Positions 18,298 through 28,418 are shown, counted from the first letter of the stretch. The stretch is 64,000 nucleotides of DNA from Armatimonadota bacterium (GCA_963677485.1 OY781964.1:4000001-4064000); one strand, 5' to 3'. Notes: a model not told the origin generated them from the letters alone. Translations and numbers: made by a program.

Positions 18298-21200
18298 CTA
18301 TAGCTTCTTCACGACGATATGCCGGTAAGAGTTAATCATCGAGTTTTCCATCACGCCGATGCCCACTCGTCCCGTAGCCAGCGAGTTGTCTGTGACCTGT
18401 ATCACCAGTTTACCGTCAGCGTAGCAACGGATGTCAGACCCGTTTGCTACCACACGGAATGTGACCCAGGTGTTAACCCCGATATCGAAAGGCGCCAGCG
18501 ACATAGGGGTCCACTCACCTTTGATCATTTTACTCAGTTCGAGCGAGCGACTATCACCATGGTATCCAAACCGGTAGTAGCTGTCTGGCTCTTGGACCCG
18601 GAAGAACACATAGGACTTCAGCCAGGTGACTTCCGGGAGATCGCTGCCGTCCATCTTGGTAGTGACTTCGATCGAATAGTCGGACCAGTTGGTGTCGCCG
18701 ATGAAAGCCAGGTGAGCAGGACCTGTGACTTCAGCCACTCCCCGAGTTGCGTTCCACTTTCCGCTGGAGATAGACCACTTGCTCATGCTGCCTGAAGTGA
18801 AATCATCGTGAAAGAGATCGTTCGCGGTAAACGGCGTGATCGCATCCACCGGTATCGATACTGTCTGAACCTTTCCGGCAGACTCAGTACGCAGCGATAT
18901 GCTGCCCTGTTGTGCGGCCATCACGTGGCAGTGCGCCATTCGTGTCTCATATGGGTTCAGTGTGAGATGAGGGGTGAGGATGCGAACCGTCCCGTTGCCA
19001 TTCGCGAACGAGCTGCTGATGGCGATAGCTTGAGGACGATCCGTATGGTTCGTGAACTGGATAGACATATCATCACCGCTGGAGTCACGGACAAAAACCG
19101 GGTCAAACGGTGTGACCATTTCTACCGGATCGACGACCCACGCTGAGAATTCGGTAATCTCTGCACCAGCGGATATCTTGAGAGATACCTCACCCTTGGC
19201 AGCGTCTGAAGGTACGGAGATGCTGAAAGTGGTCGTAGATCCTTTAGGCGCCGCCACTCCCCATGGGGTAGTCATCATCACAGGACCTCGGCTTGTGGTC
19301 TTCACTTCAACGGTATTCACTGCCCCGCGTATGAGAACAGGGGGTGTCTGGCGCGTGGTGTCAACCATCGGTTTGGCTGCGAAAACCACCAATGATGCGG
19401 CGATATGCAACGGGATCACTGTGCTAAGGCGATTTCCTGAGCGCGAGAACGGCAGTTCCGTCGCTCCGCGGTAGTCGCCAGACAGCAGATAACAGTGTCG
19501 GATATTACTGGCGTTGGGCACATTCGCTGTGACCTTCACTGCACGCGTCATGGCAGGGCTTGATCCGGCAGATACGACCTGCGTTGGCTTCTCACTCACC
19601 ACAGTGGCCAGATAGTCTCCGTTGGGAGCCTGGAACAGGTTCCCTTGAATGTTTGCCGGCACTGTGATGGCATGTGCTGTCAGTACCCACTTGCGGCCTT
19701 TCATCAGGCGGAACAGCGGAATGTATTTGCTTTCGATGGCTCTTGACGGGCTGCCAGGTGCGGCAGTGGTGGCTCCTGGGAAATAACCGCCAGACAGGCA
19801 CGATTTGAGCTTGATCTCGGTGCTTGTTGCATCCATGTCGTAAGGTAAGCAGATCATGGGCCGTTCGAGGCCGAAGAACTGTGTCAGGTTGGCTGTGTCA
19901 CCTACGGCTTCCGACATGATTCCATCAACGCCTTTGCATACTTCAAGGTTCATAGGACCGTTGGTCCATATACCAAGCTGACGCTTGTGCAGCCTGGCGC
20001 CGATCTCTTTAAGAGCCTTCTCCTGGGCAAACCCCAGCATGTAACAGGCGCGGCCATCCTGCATGGTCAGTCCGTCGTCATGCGAAAAGTCGTAGTCGCG
20101 GTAGTCATCACGGTCCAGAAACACACCGTCGATATCGGCATACGTGGCGATGATCCTGTCGAGTTGTTCAAGAATGGCCTTACCCCACGGCGAGGTCGGG
20201 TCAGGATTCATCAGCCTGCAAAACTGCCAGGCGATCAACGGATTACCTGTGGCATCGCGTGCGATATCCGCCGCGAAATACTTCTCGGTGTACTGGTGCC
20301 AGGCTTCAAATGTTTGATAGTAGAGATAGGTCTGGATTCCATGCTTTTTCCACAGGGCTAGTTCTGAGCGCATGTGGGCCAGGCTGTTTTGATACATCCC
20401 GGGCGTGTCACCCTTCTCCCAGCGGTCCAGGCCGATGGTATCCTGATCCATTGCGACTGCCCAAGTGTCACGATCGGGAAGATAGAGGCCATAAAATGGG
20501 AAGTGGCCGTGCAGCTCTTGCCATGTCACTTCACGTGCGGCGGCATCCACCATGTCGGCCTCAACGCTTGAGGGCCAGCCTTCGGTATACCAGCCTTCGC
20601 CATCAACAACCCGTTTGACCATTGGCCGGAAATAGTCGGGGTAGTTTTTACTCATCCAACCCAAGCCCGGACGCCAGTCACCCTCATGTGGCACCAGGAT
20701 GAGCGTGGCCTTCGCAGGATGATTAACCCCAAGACGCAAGTGGTGGTTGGACACGCGGATGCGTTTTGGTGTGCTGGCCGTCTCCATCGCGAATGTCAGC
20801 CCGGGTTTGGGCACATTTGGTGGAGCGATTAGCGATAACCCTGTGTCGGTCTTGCTGTTGTATACAGAAACCCATGGCATGAATGTGCTGGTGCGGTAAA
20901 GAATCTCTTGAGACCGCATACCAGCAATCTTACAGGGCACGTTAGGAGCCGCCCAAAACGCCTCTTCTGAGGTAGTGAGCACCGGCAGGCGGAAGTCGAT
21001 GTTGGCTTCACGGTCGGAGGATAGAGTGGTGCTTGCTTCCACATCCCATCGCAGTGCATTTTGCGTGATGGTGAACGTCATTGTGAAGGTATAGTCGTTG
21101 TTGATTGTTCTGGAGAAGGCGATGCTGGCTTCAGAGCTGGTCTGATGCGTTTTGGCATCGAGCGGAACTCCGCCATAAATCATGTAACTCATGCCCGTGA

Positions 21201-21414
21201 CTTTATCAATTAACAGCACATCAGCAGGGGCCGATAAAAGCTCTCTTCGGGTGAACAGCGAAAGCAGTTGGCCTGTTTCTTTGGATATGGTGACCCGCAT
21301 TCGCGAGTTTCGCAGCACCCAGGTGTTACCCGACGATACTATTGCGACACCGCCACTTTGGGCTTTCGAAGCCCCTTTATCAATCTTCTCTATCATATGA
21401 TCTTTTCCTTCCAT
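18298..21414 (-). CDS. large multidomain putative glycoside hydrolase with C-terminal DUF1080/lectin-like beta-sandwich
   Basis: 1038 aa; central barrel-like region with DGVFLD and GVDGIMSE; C-terminal FHDDF..W....GKW, WSDYSIEV, GRVGIG. Confidence 0.55.
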   Translation of the reverse strand: MEGKDHMIEKIDKGASKAQSGGVAIVSSGNTWVLRNSRMRVTISKETGQLLSLFTRRELLSAPADVLLIDKVTGMSYMIYGGVPLDAKTHQTSSEASIAFSRTINNDYTFTMTFTITQNALRWDVEASTTLSSDREANIDFRLPVLTTSEEAFWAAPNVPCKIAGMRSQEILYRTSTFMPWVSVYNSKTDTGLSLIAPPNVPKPGLTFAMETASTPKRIRVSNHHLRLGVNHPAKATLILVPHEGDWRPGLGWMSKNYPDYFRPMVKRVVDGEGWYTEGWPSSVEADMVDAAAREVTWQELHGHFPFYGLYLPDRDTWAVAMDQDTIGLDRWEKGDTPGMYQNSLAHMRSELALWKKHGIQTYLYYQTFEAWHQYTEKYFAADIARDATGNPLIAWQFCRLMNPDPTSPWGKAILEQLDRIIATYADIDGVFLDRDDYRDYDFSHDDGLTMQDGRACYMLGFAQEKALKEIGARLHKRQLGIWTNGPMNLEVCKGVDGIMSEAVGDTANLTQFFGLERPMICLPYDMDATSTEIKLKSCLSGGYFPGATTAAPGSPSRAIESKYIPLFRLMKGRKWVLTAHAITVPANIQGNLFQAPNGDYLATVVSEKPTQVVSAGSSPAMTRAVKVTANVPNASNIRHCYLLSGDYRGATELPFSRSGNRLSTVIPLHIAASLVVFAAKPMVDTTRQTPPVLIRGAVNTVEVKTTSRGPVMMTTPWGVAAPKGSTTTFSISVPSDAAKGEVSLKISAGAEITEFSAWVVDPVEMVTPFDPVFVRDSSGDDMSIQFTNHTDRPQAIAISSSFANGNGTVRILTPHLTLNPYETRMAHCHVMAAQQGSISLRTESAGKVQTVSIPVDAITPFTANDLFHDDFTSGSMSKWSISSGKWNATRGVAEVTGPAHLAFIGDTNWSDYSIEVTTKMDGSDLPEVTWLKSYVFFRVQEPDSYYRFGYHGDSRSLELSKMIKGEWTPMSLAPFDIGVNTWVTFRVVANGSDIRCYADGKLVIQVTDNSLATGRVGIGVMENSMINSYRHIVVKKL

Positions 21415-21509
21415 TAACAGCCTTAGGAAACGGCTGAATTTGGTCTATTATGCCATATTTGGTTATATGTCGCAAAATATAAAACCCAAATGGCTCTGTG
21501 TTATTTTGC

Positions 21510-23423
21510 CTAATGGGCGATGGCCTTCATCAAGTGCATGATGCCGATCTGGCTGAATGCGGTCGATTCGGGATACATATCGAATTTCAGGTTGTCTTCG
21601 ATGCCGTCTTTGTCGCGGTCTTCCACCCAGTTATAAACTCCACCCAGCTCGTTGAACAGCCGCACACCCCAGGGGTTCATACCGCAGAGATATGTCACCA
21701 TCTGTTCGGCGCGAATCCGGTAACGGTCATCGCCGGTCAGTTGGTAGAGCCTGGCGAGGGCGTGTGTCCAGTGCCCGGTCTGGTAGAAGAAGATGAAGTT
21801 GTGGGCTTGCCAGCTACTGCTGTCCACCTCACCCCAGATGTAGGTCATGGTCTCTGGTGTGCGGCGGAGTCCGAAGTGAATCACCTCGCCTTTGAAGTTG
21901 GCGGGTGACACTTTGGCCTTCATCCAAGCATCGGCGACTTCGGTTGCTGATTTACGCCAAGCCTTGGCGTCAGGATGCTTGGGCATCAGCAGGCATCCGT
22001 CGGCCAGAGCGGCGATGGCCATGCTGTCGGTGTTGGGATAGACCTCCCACTGGTGATACGGCTTCTCGAGATCCACGAATGCGTTCAGAGCATCGACACA
22101 GGCCGCCTGGAGGCTCATCTTGCCGTTGGCGGTTTCCACAGGCAAATTGGGTGCGACCTGACATGCTGCCAGCATTCCGACTACCAAGTAGGCGTGTTCA
22201 CCGGCATCACGCCAGTAAAGGTGGCCTTTGGAAGTTCGTTTTGTGTATCCGCCCAGAAGCCCATCCTTGAGGCAAAACTTCACCGTGAGAGGGATCGCGG
22301 CTTTCAGCTTTTCGGCGACAGCGCCTTTAGGGAAGCGGAGGAGTGCTTCGCCCATGCCCCACATGCCACGGCCGTTGAGGCAACCGCCGACGGCGTAGTC
22401 CAGAGACGCCGGGTTGTAGAACCAGCCTTTACCCTCGGTCAGATAGCTGCCATCAGTGAACACCCCATACCGAAACGCCCCCGCAGTGTAGTGTTCCTGC
22501 AAGCCGCGGTGGTCAAGCAGCGCGAAGTTATCAGCCGATTTGTGCTGCATCGCGAGCAGGTTCAGCACGCCTTCCTGCTGCATCTGCGGGAGGTTGTCGT
22601 CCAACAAATTGTTCATGCCGGGACGCATGAGATACATGATCAGCATGTCGGCGAAGTCGTTGCTGAAGGCGTAGGGCATGTAGTTGTCAGAGCTGGTGTT
22701 CTTTGGATCGCCATCCAGCGGGTGGTCGTTGCTTGCGTTGAACCAGGTATCCCATACCGACTGCCAAAAGTTGCGCGCCACGCGGTGGTTGAGCGGCGTC
22801 GACCAGTTCCGGTCGCGATACTGGAACTCGTAGAGCGCCAGGTTTGTCTTGAACCAGCTCAGATCGGCGGGTTTCGCCAGGTCGAAGTCACTGCGGCCCA
22901 CTCCGCAGATTTTGGCGGCGCGGCTGCGCATGTAGAGGTTCATCAAGGCACGCATGTTCGGCCATTCGGTGCTCCGCTGATCGACGTTGCCCTTACGGTC
23001 CTGCAGGTCGTTGGTGAAGGCGGTGGGCAGGTCAGGCGGCGTGCTGCCTGGGCGCGTTACGATGAGCATCGCCTCCGCCTGTTTGTCTGAGGCATCGTAT
23101 GAGTTCGCGGAGGTTGCATCGATGAACAGCACATCGGCTCCCAGTTTGGGAGCCTTCGGGAACTGCCGAGGGTAGAGGCACTCAAACCGGCCATCACGAA
23201 CCGGCAGGCTGATCTGGCTGCTCTGCCCGCGGCTGGTGGTCACGCGCAGAAGCACCCGGCTGCTGCCAGGTGCTTCGCCTTTGATGCTCACATCCGCTTT
23301 GGTGAGGCGTATGATCGCCGATGGCGTCAGCGTGTCATCCAAGGAGACCTCAGGTGCCACGGGCGATTTCGCCCATATCGTGAGGCTGCAGATCAGGCAA
23401 AGCACTGTCATGATGAGACGCAT
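21510..23423 (-). CDS. secreted hypothetical protein, possible (alpha/alpha)6 glycosidase-like fold
   Basis: Signal peptide MRLIMTVLCLICSLTIWA; C-terminal ALARLYQLTGDDRY..YLCGMN..GGVYN..PESTA helical-barrel pattern. Confidence 0.5.
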   Translation of the reverse strand: MRLIMTVLCLICSLTIWAKSPVAPEVSLDDTLTPSAIIRLTKADVSIKGEAPGSSRVLLRVTTSRGQSSQISLPVRDGRFECLYPRQFPKAPKLGADVLFIDATSANSYDASDKQAEAMLIVTRPGSTPPDLPTAFTNDLQDRKGNVDQRSTEWPNMRALMNLYMRSRAAKICGVGRSDFDLAKPADLSWFKTNLALYEFQYRDRNWSTPLNHRVARNFWQSVWDTWFNASNDHPLDGDPKNTSSDNYMPYAFSNDFADMLIMYLMRPGMNNLLDDNLPQMQQEGVLNLLAMQHKSADNFALLDHRGLQEHYTAGAFRYGVFTDGSYLTEGKGWFYNPASLDYAVGGCLNGRGMWGMGEALLRFPKGAVAEKLKAAIPLTVKFCLKDGLLGGYTKRTSKGHLYWRDAGEHAYLVVGMLAACQVAPNLPVETANGKMSLQAACVDALNAFVDLEKPYHQWEVYPNTDSMAIAALADGCLLMPKHPDAKAWRKSATEVADAWMKAKVSPANFKGEVIHFGLRRTPETMTYIWGEVDSSSWQAHNFIFFYQTGHWTHALARLYQLTGDDRYRIRAEQMVTYLCGMNPWGVRLFNELGGVYNWVEDRDKDGIEDNLKFDMYPESTAFSQIGIMHLMKAIAH

Positions 23424-23443
23424 CGGATGGCCTCCTGGCTTAG

Positions 23444-24295
23444 TTAGGCGACGAACTCAAACGGAGGGAGCACAGGGATCAGTCCCTGCTCATATGACCG
23501 GGTGAGGAACAGTTCAATCGAACGCTTGCCCGCGTCGCCCAGGTCGAGTGTCCACTCATTGACATACATGCCGACGAACTTGTCAGCGGTGGCGGTGTCC
23601 AGCCCGCGGCCAAAGCTCATGGCATACTCCAGTGCTTCGGTGCGATGGCCCAGTGAATAGGCGATACTTTGATACATCACCTGGCTCATCGCTAGCTTGA
23701 CTTCCTCTGGCAGGTCGCGGCGGATGGTGTTTATACCCAATGGAAGAGGCAGTCCTGTGTCGTTCTTCCACCAAACACCCAGGTCCTGCACTGCAAACAC
23801 CGGGTAGTTGGGATGGGTGAGCTGACCTTCGTGGATGATCACACCGGCTTCCACTTCACCGGAGATCACTGCGGGCATGATGGCATCGAAGTCCATCACC
23901 ACGGTGTTGCAGCCGGGCATGAACAGCTTCAAGGCCAGGTAAGCACTGGTCATTAAACCAGGCACGGCGATGGTCTTGCCTTCCAACTGCTGAGGGGTGA
24001 CATCCTTGCCCGCAATCAGCAGAGGACCGTAACCATCACCCATGCTGGCTCCGTGGGTCAGCACAGCATATTTACCAGCCACATAGGCGTAGGCATGCAC
24101 GGAGATGGCGGTAGTCTCCAGCTTTCCTTCTTTGGCCCATTCGTTCAGCGTTTGTATATCGCGCAGGACATGCTCAAACTGCAGGCCGTAGGTGTCTATC
24201 TTACCTTTGGCGAGGGCGTAGAACATAAAGGCATCATCGGCATCGGGGCTATGGCCGAGTTTTATAGGTGTCGTCCATAAGACGTTGCTTGTCAT
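23444..24295 (-). CDS. mqnD: 1,4-dihydroxy-6-naphthoate synthase (futalosine menaquinone pathway)
   Basis: GHSPDADDAFMFYAL, DIQTLN, GASMGDGYGP, IIHEGQLT, GLPLPLG, MYVN; SD AAGGAG before ATG 24295. Confidence 0.92.
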   Translation of the reverse strand: MTSNVLWTTPIKLGHSPDADDAFMFYALAKGKIDTYGLQFEHVLRDIQTLNEWAKEGKLETTAISVHAYAYVAGKYAVLTHGASMGDGYGPLLIAGKDVTPQQLEGKTIAVPGLMTSAYLALKLFMPGCNTVVMDFDAIMPAVISGEVEAGVIIHEGQLTHPNYPVFAVQDLGVWWKNDTGLPLPLGINTIRRDLPEEVKLAMSQVMYQSIAYSLGHRTEALEYAMSFGRGLDTATADKFVGMYVNEWTLDLGDAGKRSIELFLTRSYEQGLIPVLPPFEFVA

Positions 24296-24366
24296 AGTAG
24301 ATCGCTCCTTTGGTTCGCAGTTGCGCACCATTCACCATTTTACACCGGCTGCGGTAAACTGGACAT

Positions 24367-26898
24367 ATGACGGTTACGGAACTATATGACCAATTAATCC
24401 AATCAGTCACTGCAGAATTGACTGCCGCCCAGATGGACCGCAGCAGTCTGAAGTCGCTGCACGCCGTTTCGGCAGAGCGCATCAGCCTTTCCGGCGATCA
24501 GGCGATCTACCAGTTTGAGATACTGAAACAGGCCCACGCCTCGCTGCAGGACGCCCCGGTGACCATCGACACCGGCTCCGAGCACTACGATGGCTCCGTG
24601 ATCACTACCTCCGGATTCTCCATCACGGTAGGCGCGGCGGACATCGGCGAGCATCTGGCCGCCTGCCAGTTGCTGATCGACCTGACCTTCATTTATGAGC
24701 GTCTCATCGAACTGCTTACATACCAAAAAGAACATCCGGAACAGTTCAACATGGAGATGGTCGAAATCCTGTTCGGATTGCGCTCCAACAAGTTGAACGA
24801 ACCGCTGCTTCCTGTGGAAATGTATTACCACACGGAGATGGGGCAGGTGTTGGCTCAGCAGCCGAACACCGAGCAGTTTGAGGTGCTGGACAAGATGGGC
24901 ACCTGGCAGGTTCTGTATGTTTGGGGACCTCCCGGCACCGGCAAGACCACCACTCTGAGCTGGCTGGCGGAACAGTGCATGCGCCGCGATCTGAGTGCGC
25001 TGCTGGTGAGCAACACAAATGTGGCGGTGGACCGGGCATTGGAACGGCTACTGGATTCGGTCGATGCCGATCCGGTGTTGACTCACCGCAGCCGCGACCA
25101 CGATCTGGTGCGGTATGGCATCACGGACAGCCTTCGCCTGAACGAGTTCACCGCCGATATGCACCTGGAACGGCAATACGGAGCGGTGGCTAAGCAGAAC
25201 GCGGCGGAACGCGAGAAGCGGATGCGGAAGTTGATGGAGACCACCAAGCTGGCGGGCTGCACACTGGCGAAGGCCTGCACCGATACACGGCTGAAGGATC
25301 GCCGATTTGATGTGCTTCTTCTGGACGAGGCGAGTATGGCCCCGCTGCCGTATGTGGCCGCTCTGGCGGCTCTGTGCAGCAAGTATGCGGTGATCTGTGG
25401 CGACTTCCGGCAACTGCCCCCAATCAGCATCAGCCAGGCGGAAGTTGCGAAGCGCTGGCTGACCACCGATGTGTTCCTGGAGAGCGGAGTGGTGGACGCC
25501 GAGGGTGTGGTCCAACCCCGCGCTGACCTGTGCAAACTGTATGAACAGCGGCGTATGCTGCAGCCGATCTGCGAGTTGGTGAACAAGCCGATCTACCACG
25601 GAGCTCTTCGCACACCGAAGGAGCTGCAGAAGGCGGGCACGGATTGCCTGGGCGTGGTGGACACCAGCTTCCTGGCTCCTCTGTCCGACCGCACGGCGAA
25701 CTACAGCCATTTCAACCTCATCAGCGCCATGATAACCGTCGGGCTGGTGTTGCACCTGTTCCGAGAGTATCCCAGCTACACCGTGGGAGTGGTCACGCCA
25801 TATGCGGCGCAGGCAAGCATCATCCACGCGCTGATGCTGCAGTTGAAGATGCGTGACGAGGTAAGGGTCAGCACGGTTCACCGCTTCCAGGGCGAGGAAC
25901 GCGACATCATGGTGTTTGACGCCGTGGATGGCGCACCGTTCTGGAGTGCTGGACGCTTCTTGAGGGGCACCTCCGCGGCCGATGAAAGCAGCCGGTTGCT
26001 GAATGTGGCAGTCACACGCGCCCGCAAGGCGTTCTGGTTTGTAGGTGACCTGCGGTATCTGCACCAGAAGCTGCTGCCTAACGCCTTCCTGCGCAACGTG
26101 ATGCAGCAGGCCTGGAACAACGGCACCAAACTGCATCCCAACAACATGCTCTCGCTGCTGTTTCAGGAGGCGGTGGGCATTGAGATCATGGATGTCCAAA
26201 CCGTGATCCCGCTGATGTCCGAGCAGATATTGAAGTCCATCACGCGCCACGAACCCGTCACGCTTTATGAGCCGCTTCTGCACGTTCCTGAGATATTCGA
26301 TGCGGCGGTGCGGGCCGCCAAGGGCGGGTGCTCGGTCAGTATTATCGTCACCGACGGCAAGAAGCCCTCCATGGCGGCATCGGATGCAGAGGCGGCCGGA
26401 TGTGCGCTATTGCCGGTGCCCAGTGCGCAGGGACGGCAGGCGTATCAGGACCAGTGCCTGATCATCGGCAACCGGCAGATATGGTGGGGGAGTGTGACCG
26501 ACCCGCGCAGCCACAGCACATTCTTGAAGATCGATGCGAAGCCGGTGGCCGCGGAGTTGATGTTCCTGCGGAAAGCCAGCCGGTCGACCGCCACCGCGTC
26601 GGATACCCGCAGCTACCTCGAACGCGACCTGATGACGGCGCTTGGCATTAACTGCACCAGGCATGAAGATACCAGCAAGTTGGTGCAGCAGGGTGATGGC
26701 GTGGCGGTGATTTGTGTGGCCAAGGGTTGTTCGTTCCGCCATGTTTTGGGCCTGGACGAATTAAGCGACCAACTGGACGGTAACCTGACCTGTCCCAAGT
26801 GTATGATGGAGCTTCATGCCCGTCCGGCCAAGACCGGGATTAAGGTCAAGTGCTTGAACTGCAGCTTCAAAGGTGAGGTCAAGTTTGACAAAAGCTGA
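24367..26898 (+). CDS. UPF1/DNA2-like SF1B helicase with degenerate PLD-like domain and C-terminal Cys-rich Zn ribbons
   Basis: GPPGTGKT, SNTNVAVD, LDEASM, GDFRQLPPI, VTPYAAQ, TVHRFQGEE, LNVAVTRAR; C-terminal CVAKGC, CPKC, CLNC. Confidence 0.85.
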   Translation: MTVTELYDQLIQSVTAELTAAQMDRSSLKSLHAVSAERISLSGDQAIYQFEILKQAHASLQDAPVTIDTGSEHYDGSVITTSGFSITVGAADIGEHLAACQLLIDLTFIYERLIELLTYQKEHPEQFNMEMVEILFGLRSNKLNEPLLPVEMYYHTEMGQVLAQQPNTEQFEVLDKMGTWQVLYVWGPPGTGKTTTLSWLAEQCMRRDLSALLVSNTNVAVDRALERLLDSVDADPVLTHRSRDHDLVRYGITDSLRLNEFTADMHLERQYGAVAKQNAAEREKRMRKLMETTKLAGCTLAKACTDTRLKDRRFDVLLLDEASMAPLPYVAALAALCSKYAVICGDFRQLPPISISQAEVAKRWLTTDVFLESGVVDAEGVVQPRADLCKLYEQRRMLQPICELVNKPIYHGALRTPKELQKAGTDCLGVVDTSFLAPLSDRTANYSHFNLISAMITVGLVLHLFREYPSYTVGVVTPYAAQASIIHALMLQLKMRDEVRVSTVHRFQGEERDIMVFDAVDGAPFWSAGRFLRGTSAADESSRLLNVAVTRARKAFWFVGDLRYLHQKLLPNAFLRNVMQQAWNNGTKLHPNNMLSLLFQEAVGIEIMDVQTVIPLMSEQILKSITRHEPVTLYEPLLHVPEIFDAAVRAAKGGCSVSIIVTDGKKPSMAASDAEAAGCALLPVPSAQGRQAYQDQCLIIGNRQIWWGSVTDPRSHSTFLKIDAKPVAAELMFLRKASRSTATASDTRSYLERDLMTALGINCTRHEDTSKLVQQGDGVAVICVAKGCSFRHVLGLDELSDQLDGNLTCPKCMMELHARPAKTGIKVKCLNCSFKGEVKFDKS

Positions 26899-26925
26899 GC
26901 GGAGAGTTACAATAACTAGCGCTAA

Positions 26926-27000
26926 GCCCTCGTAGCTCAGTGGATAGAGCACCGGCCTCCGGAGCCGGTGGCGGAGGTTCGATCCCTCTCGAGGGCGCCA
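26926..27000 (+). tRNA. tRNA-Arg(CCG)
   Basis: gccctcg acceptor stem pairs with cgagggc; D-arm tagctcagtggatagagc; anticodon arm ccggc-ctCCGga-gccgg; T-loop ggttcgatcc; encoded CCA. Confidence 0.96.
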
Positions 27001-27057
27001 ACTTTTCACTTCGTTTCACATTCGCATTTCACCCCAAACACAACAAGGATGGCCGTC

Positions 27058-27414
27058 ATGGATAGCATCTTTTTAGAAGGTATTGAGTTTCAAGCGTATC
27101 ACGGCGTTTCTGACGAAGAACAGGCCACAGGCCATCGCTACCGCGTGGATATCAGCGTGAGCACGGACACCCGTGAGGCGGCGCAGAATGACGACATTGC
27201 GAAGACGGTGAACTACACCGCGATGGGCAAGCTTATATTGCAAATCGGCACCGAGAACCGCTTCCGACTGATCGAGACGCTGGCGGAGCGTATCGCGGAG
27301 CAGACGCTGCAGCAGTTTAATGTGCAGAGTGTCACCGTGACCGTGCGCAAGCTGATGCCCCCCATGCGTGTACTGGCTGCCGCCAGCGGTGTGACCATCA
27401 CCCGCGAGCGTTAG
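27058..27414 (+). CDS. folB: dihydroneopterin aldolase
   Basis: MDSIFLEGIEFQAYHGVSDEE, DDIAKTVNY, LIETLAERIA, VTVRK. Confidence 0.92.
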   Translation: MDSIFLEGIEFQAYHGVSDEEQATGHRYRVDISVSTDTREAAQNDDIAKTVNYTAMGKLILQIGTENRFRLIETLAERIAEQTLQQFNVQSVTVTVRKLMPPMRVLAAASGVTITRER

Positions 27415-27460
27415 GCTCGAGGGTGATGAATGGGCGTAACTATACGCTCGGTATCGGCAT

Positions 27461-28387
27461 CTACAAAACTAATTTGTCAAAGTGCAGCCTGAGTATTCCC
27501 TGAAACTTTACCATTTTTGCGATCATCTCGGTTTGAATTTCATCCCATCTTTCAATGTCAAGAAGCCCACCAATGCTGATAGTGTATGCGATCCGAAAGC
27601 CACGTTTGCCTTCAAGCTTCCCCCACTCTAGTGGTTGCCCAAATGCATTTTTGATTTGGTCACTGCGTTCATGGAAGTGCCGGAATAATACTTCATTCTC
27701 TGCTTCGGTCGGGTATCTATCGATATACAACTCGATTCGGGCGCTGTTGCGCAGAATTACATAACAGAACATCAAACCACTTAACCCTTGTTTTGTATCA
27801 AACCAGTGTTTGTTACCAGGTGATATGTGGGGTGGTAATGCAATTTGACGTTTCCTAAGTTGTTCTATGAGACAATTCCAAAAGTGCGTATGATTTTCAT
27901 TTGGGATAGCTGTGATCTCGTCACCAGGACCCATGATAAGTGTGAGCTTCAATGCCGGGAGCGAATTACCGATCGCCGCGGCCTCCAGGCTTAACAGGTA
28001 GAAGTCTGCGGTTTGAAGTTGGTTCAGCAAGCCTATTGCCTCGACATGCTCTGGTCTCGCACGTTCCACTATCCACACCGCAGTCATAGCTTTTGATGCC
28101 GCAAGATATGTAATGAGTTTACCGAGATGATCATGGTTGCTATCCCCAAATTGATTTTCCACGACAATTGTGTTTCCTAATTCATCTCTTCCAACAAGAT
28201 CAACCCGGAAGTTTCCTGTCGATTGTTCAGCCCATAGATCCGCTACCGATATGCCTATTGCATCACCTAGAAACTTCGGATTTTGTGCTAACCATTTCGT
28301 AAACTCCGTCTCTTTTTGATCACAGATATCTCTTATGTTTACTGCCCTGAATTGTCCAATCTCTTTCACATCTTCACTCCATGTCAT
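27461..28387 (-). CDS. DUF4268-domain protein with N-terminal PD-(D/E)xK (NucS-like) domain
   Basis: EFTKWL, FRVDLVG, IVVENQ, HDHLGKLITY, ARIELYID, FGQPLEW; visibly more AT-rich than its flanks; alternative GTG start at 28369. Confidence 0.75.
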   Translation of the reverse strand: MTWSEDVKEIGQFRAVNIRDICDQKETEFTKWLAQNPKFLGDAIGISVADLWAEQSTGNFRVDLVGRDELGNTIVVENQFGDSNHDHLGKLITYLAASKAMTAVWIVERARPEHVEAIGLLNQLQTADFYLLSLEAAAIGNSLPALKLTLIMGPGDEITAIPNENHTHFWNCLIEQLRKRQIALPPHISPGNKHWFDTKQGLSGLMFCYVILRNSARIELYIDRYPTEAENEVLFRHFHERSDQIKNAFGQPLEWGKLEGKRGFRIAYTISIGGLLDIERWDEIQTEMIAKMVKFQGILRLHFDKLVL

Positions 28388-28418
28388 CGTCGTAATAGTA
28401 AATCCTTGCTGTGTGACG

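Noticed and set aside
26986-27423. tRNA 3'-end duplication (att site); ctcgaggg recurs at ~27416
   Set aside because: The match is only 8 bp, it brackets the housekeeping gene folB, and no integrase is present.
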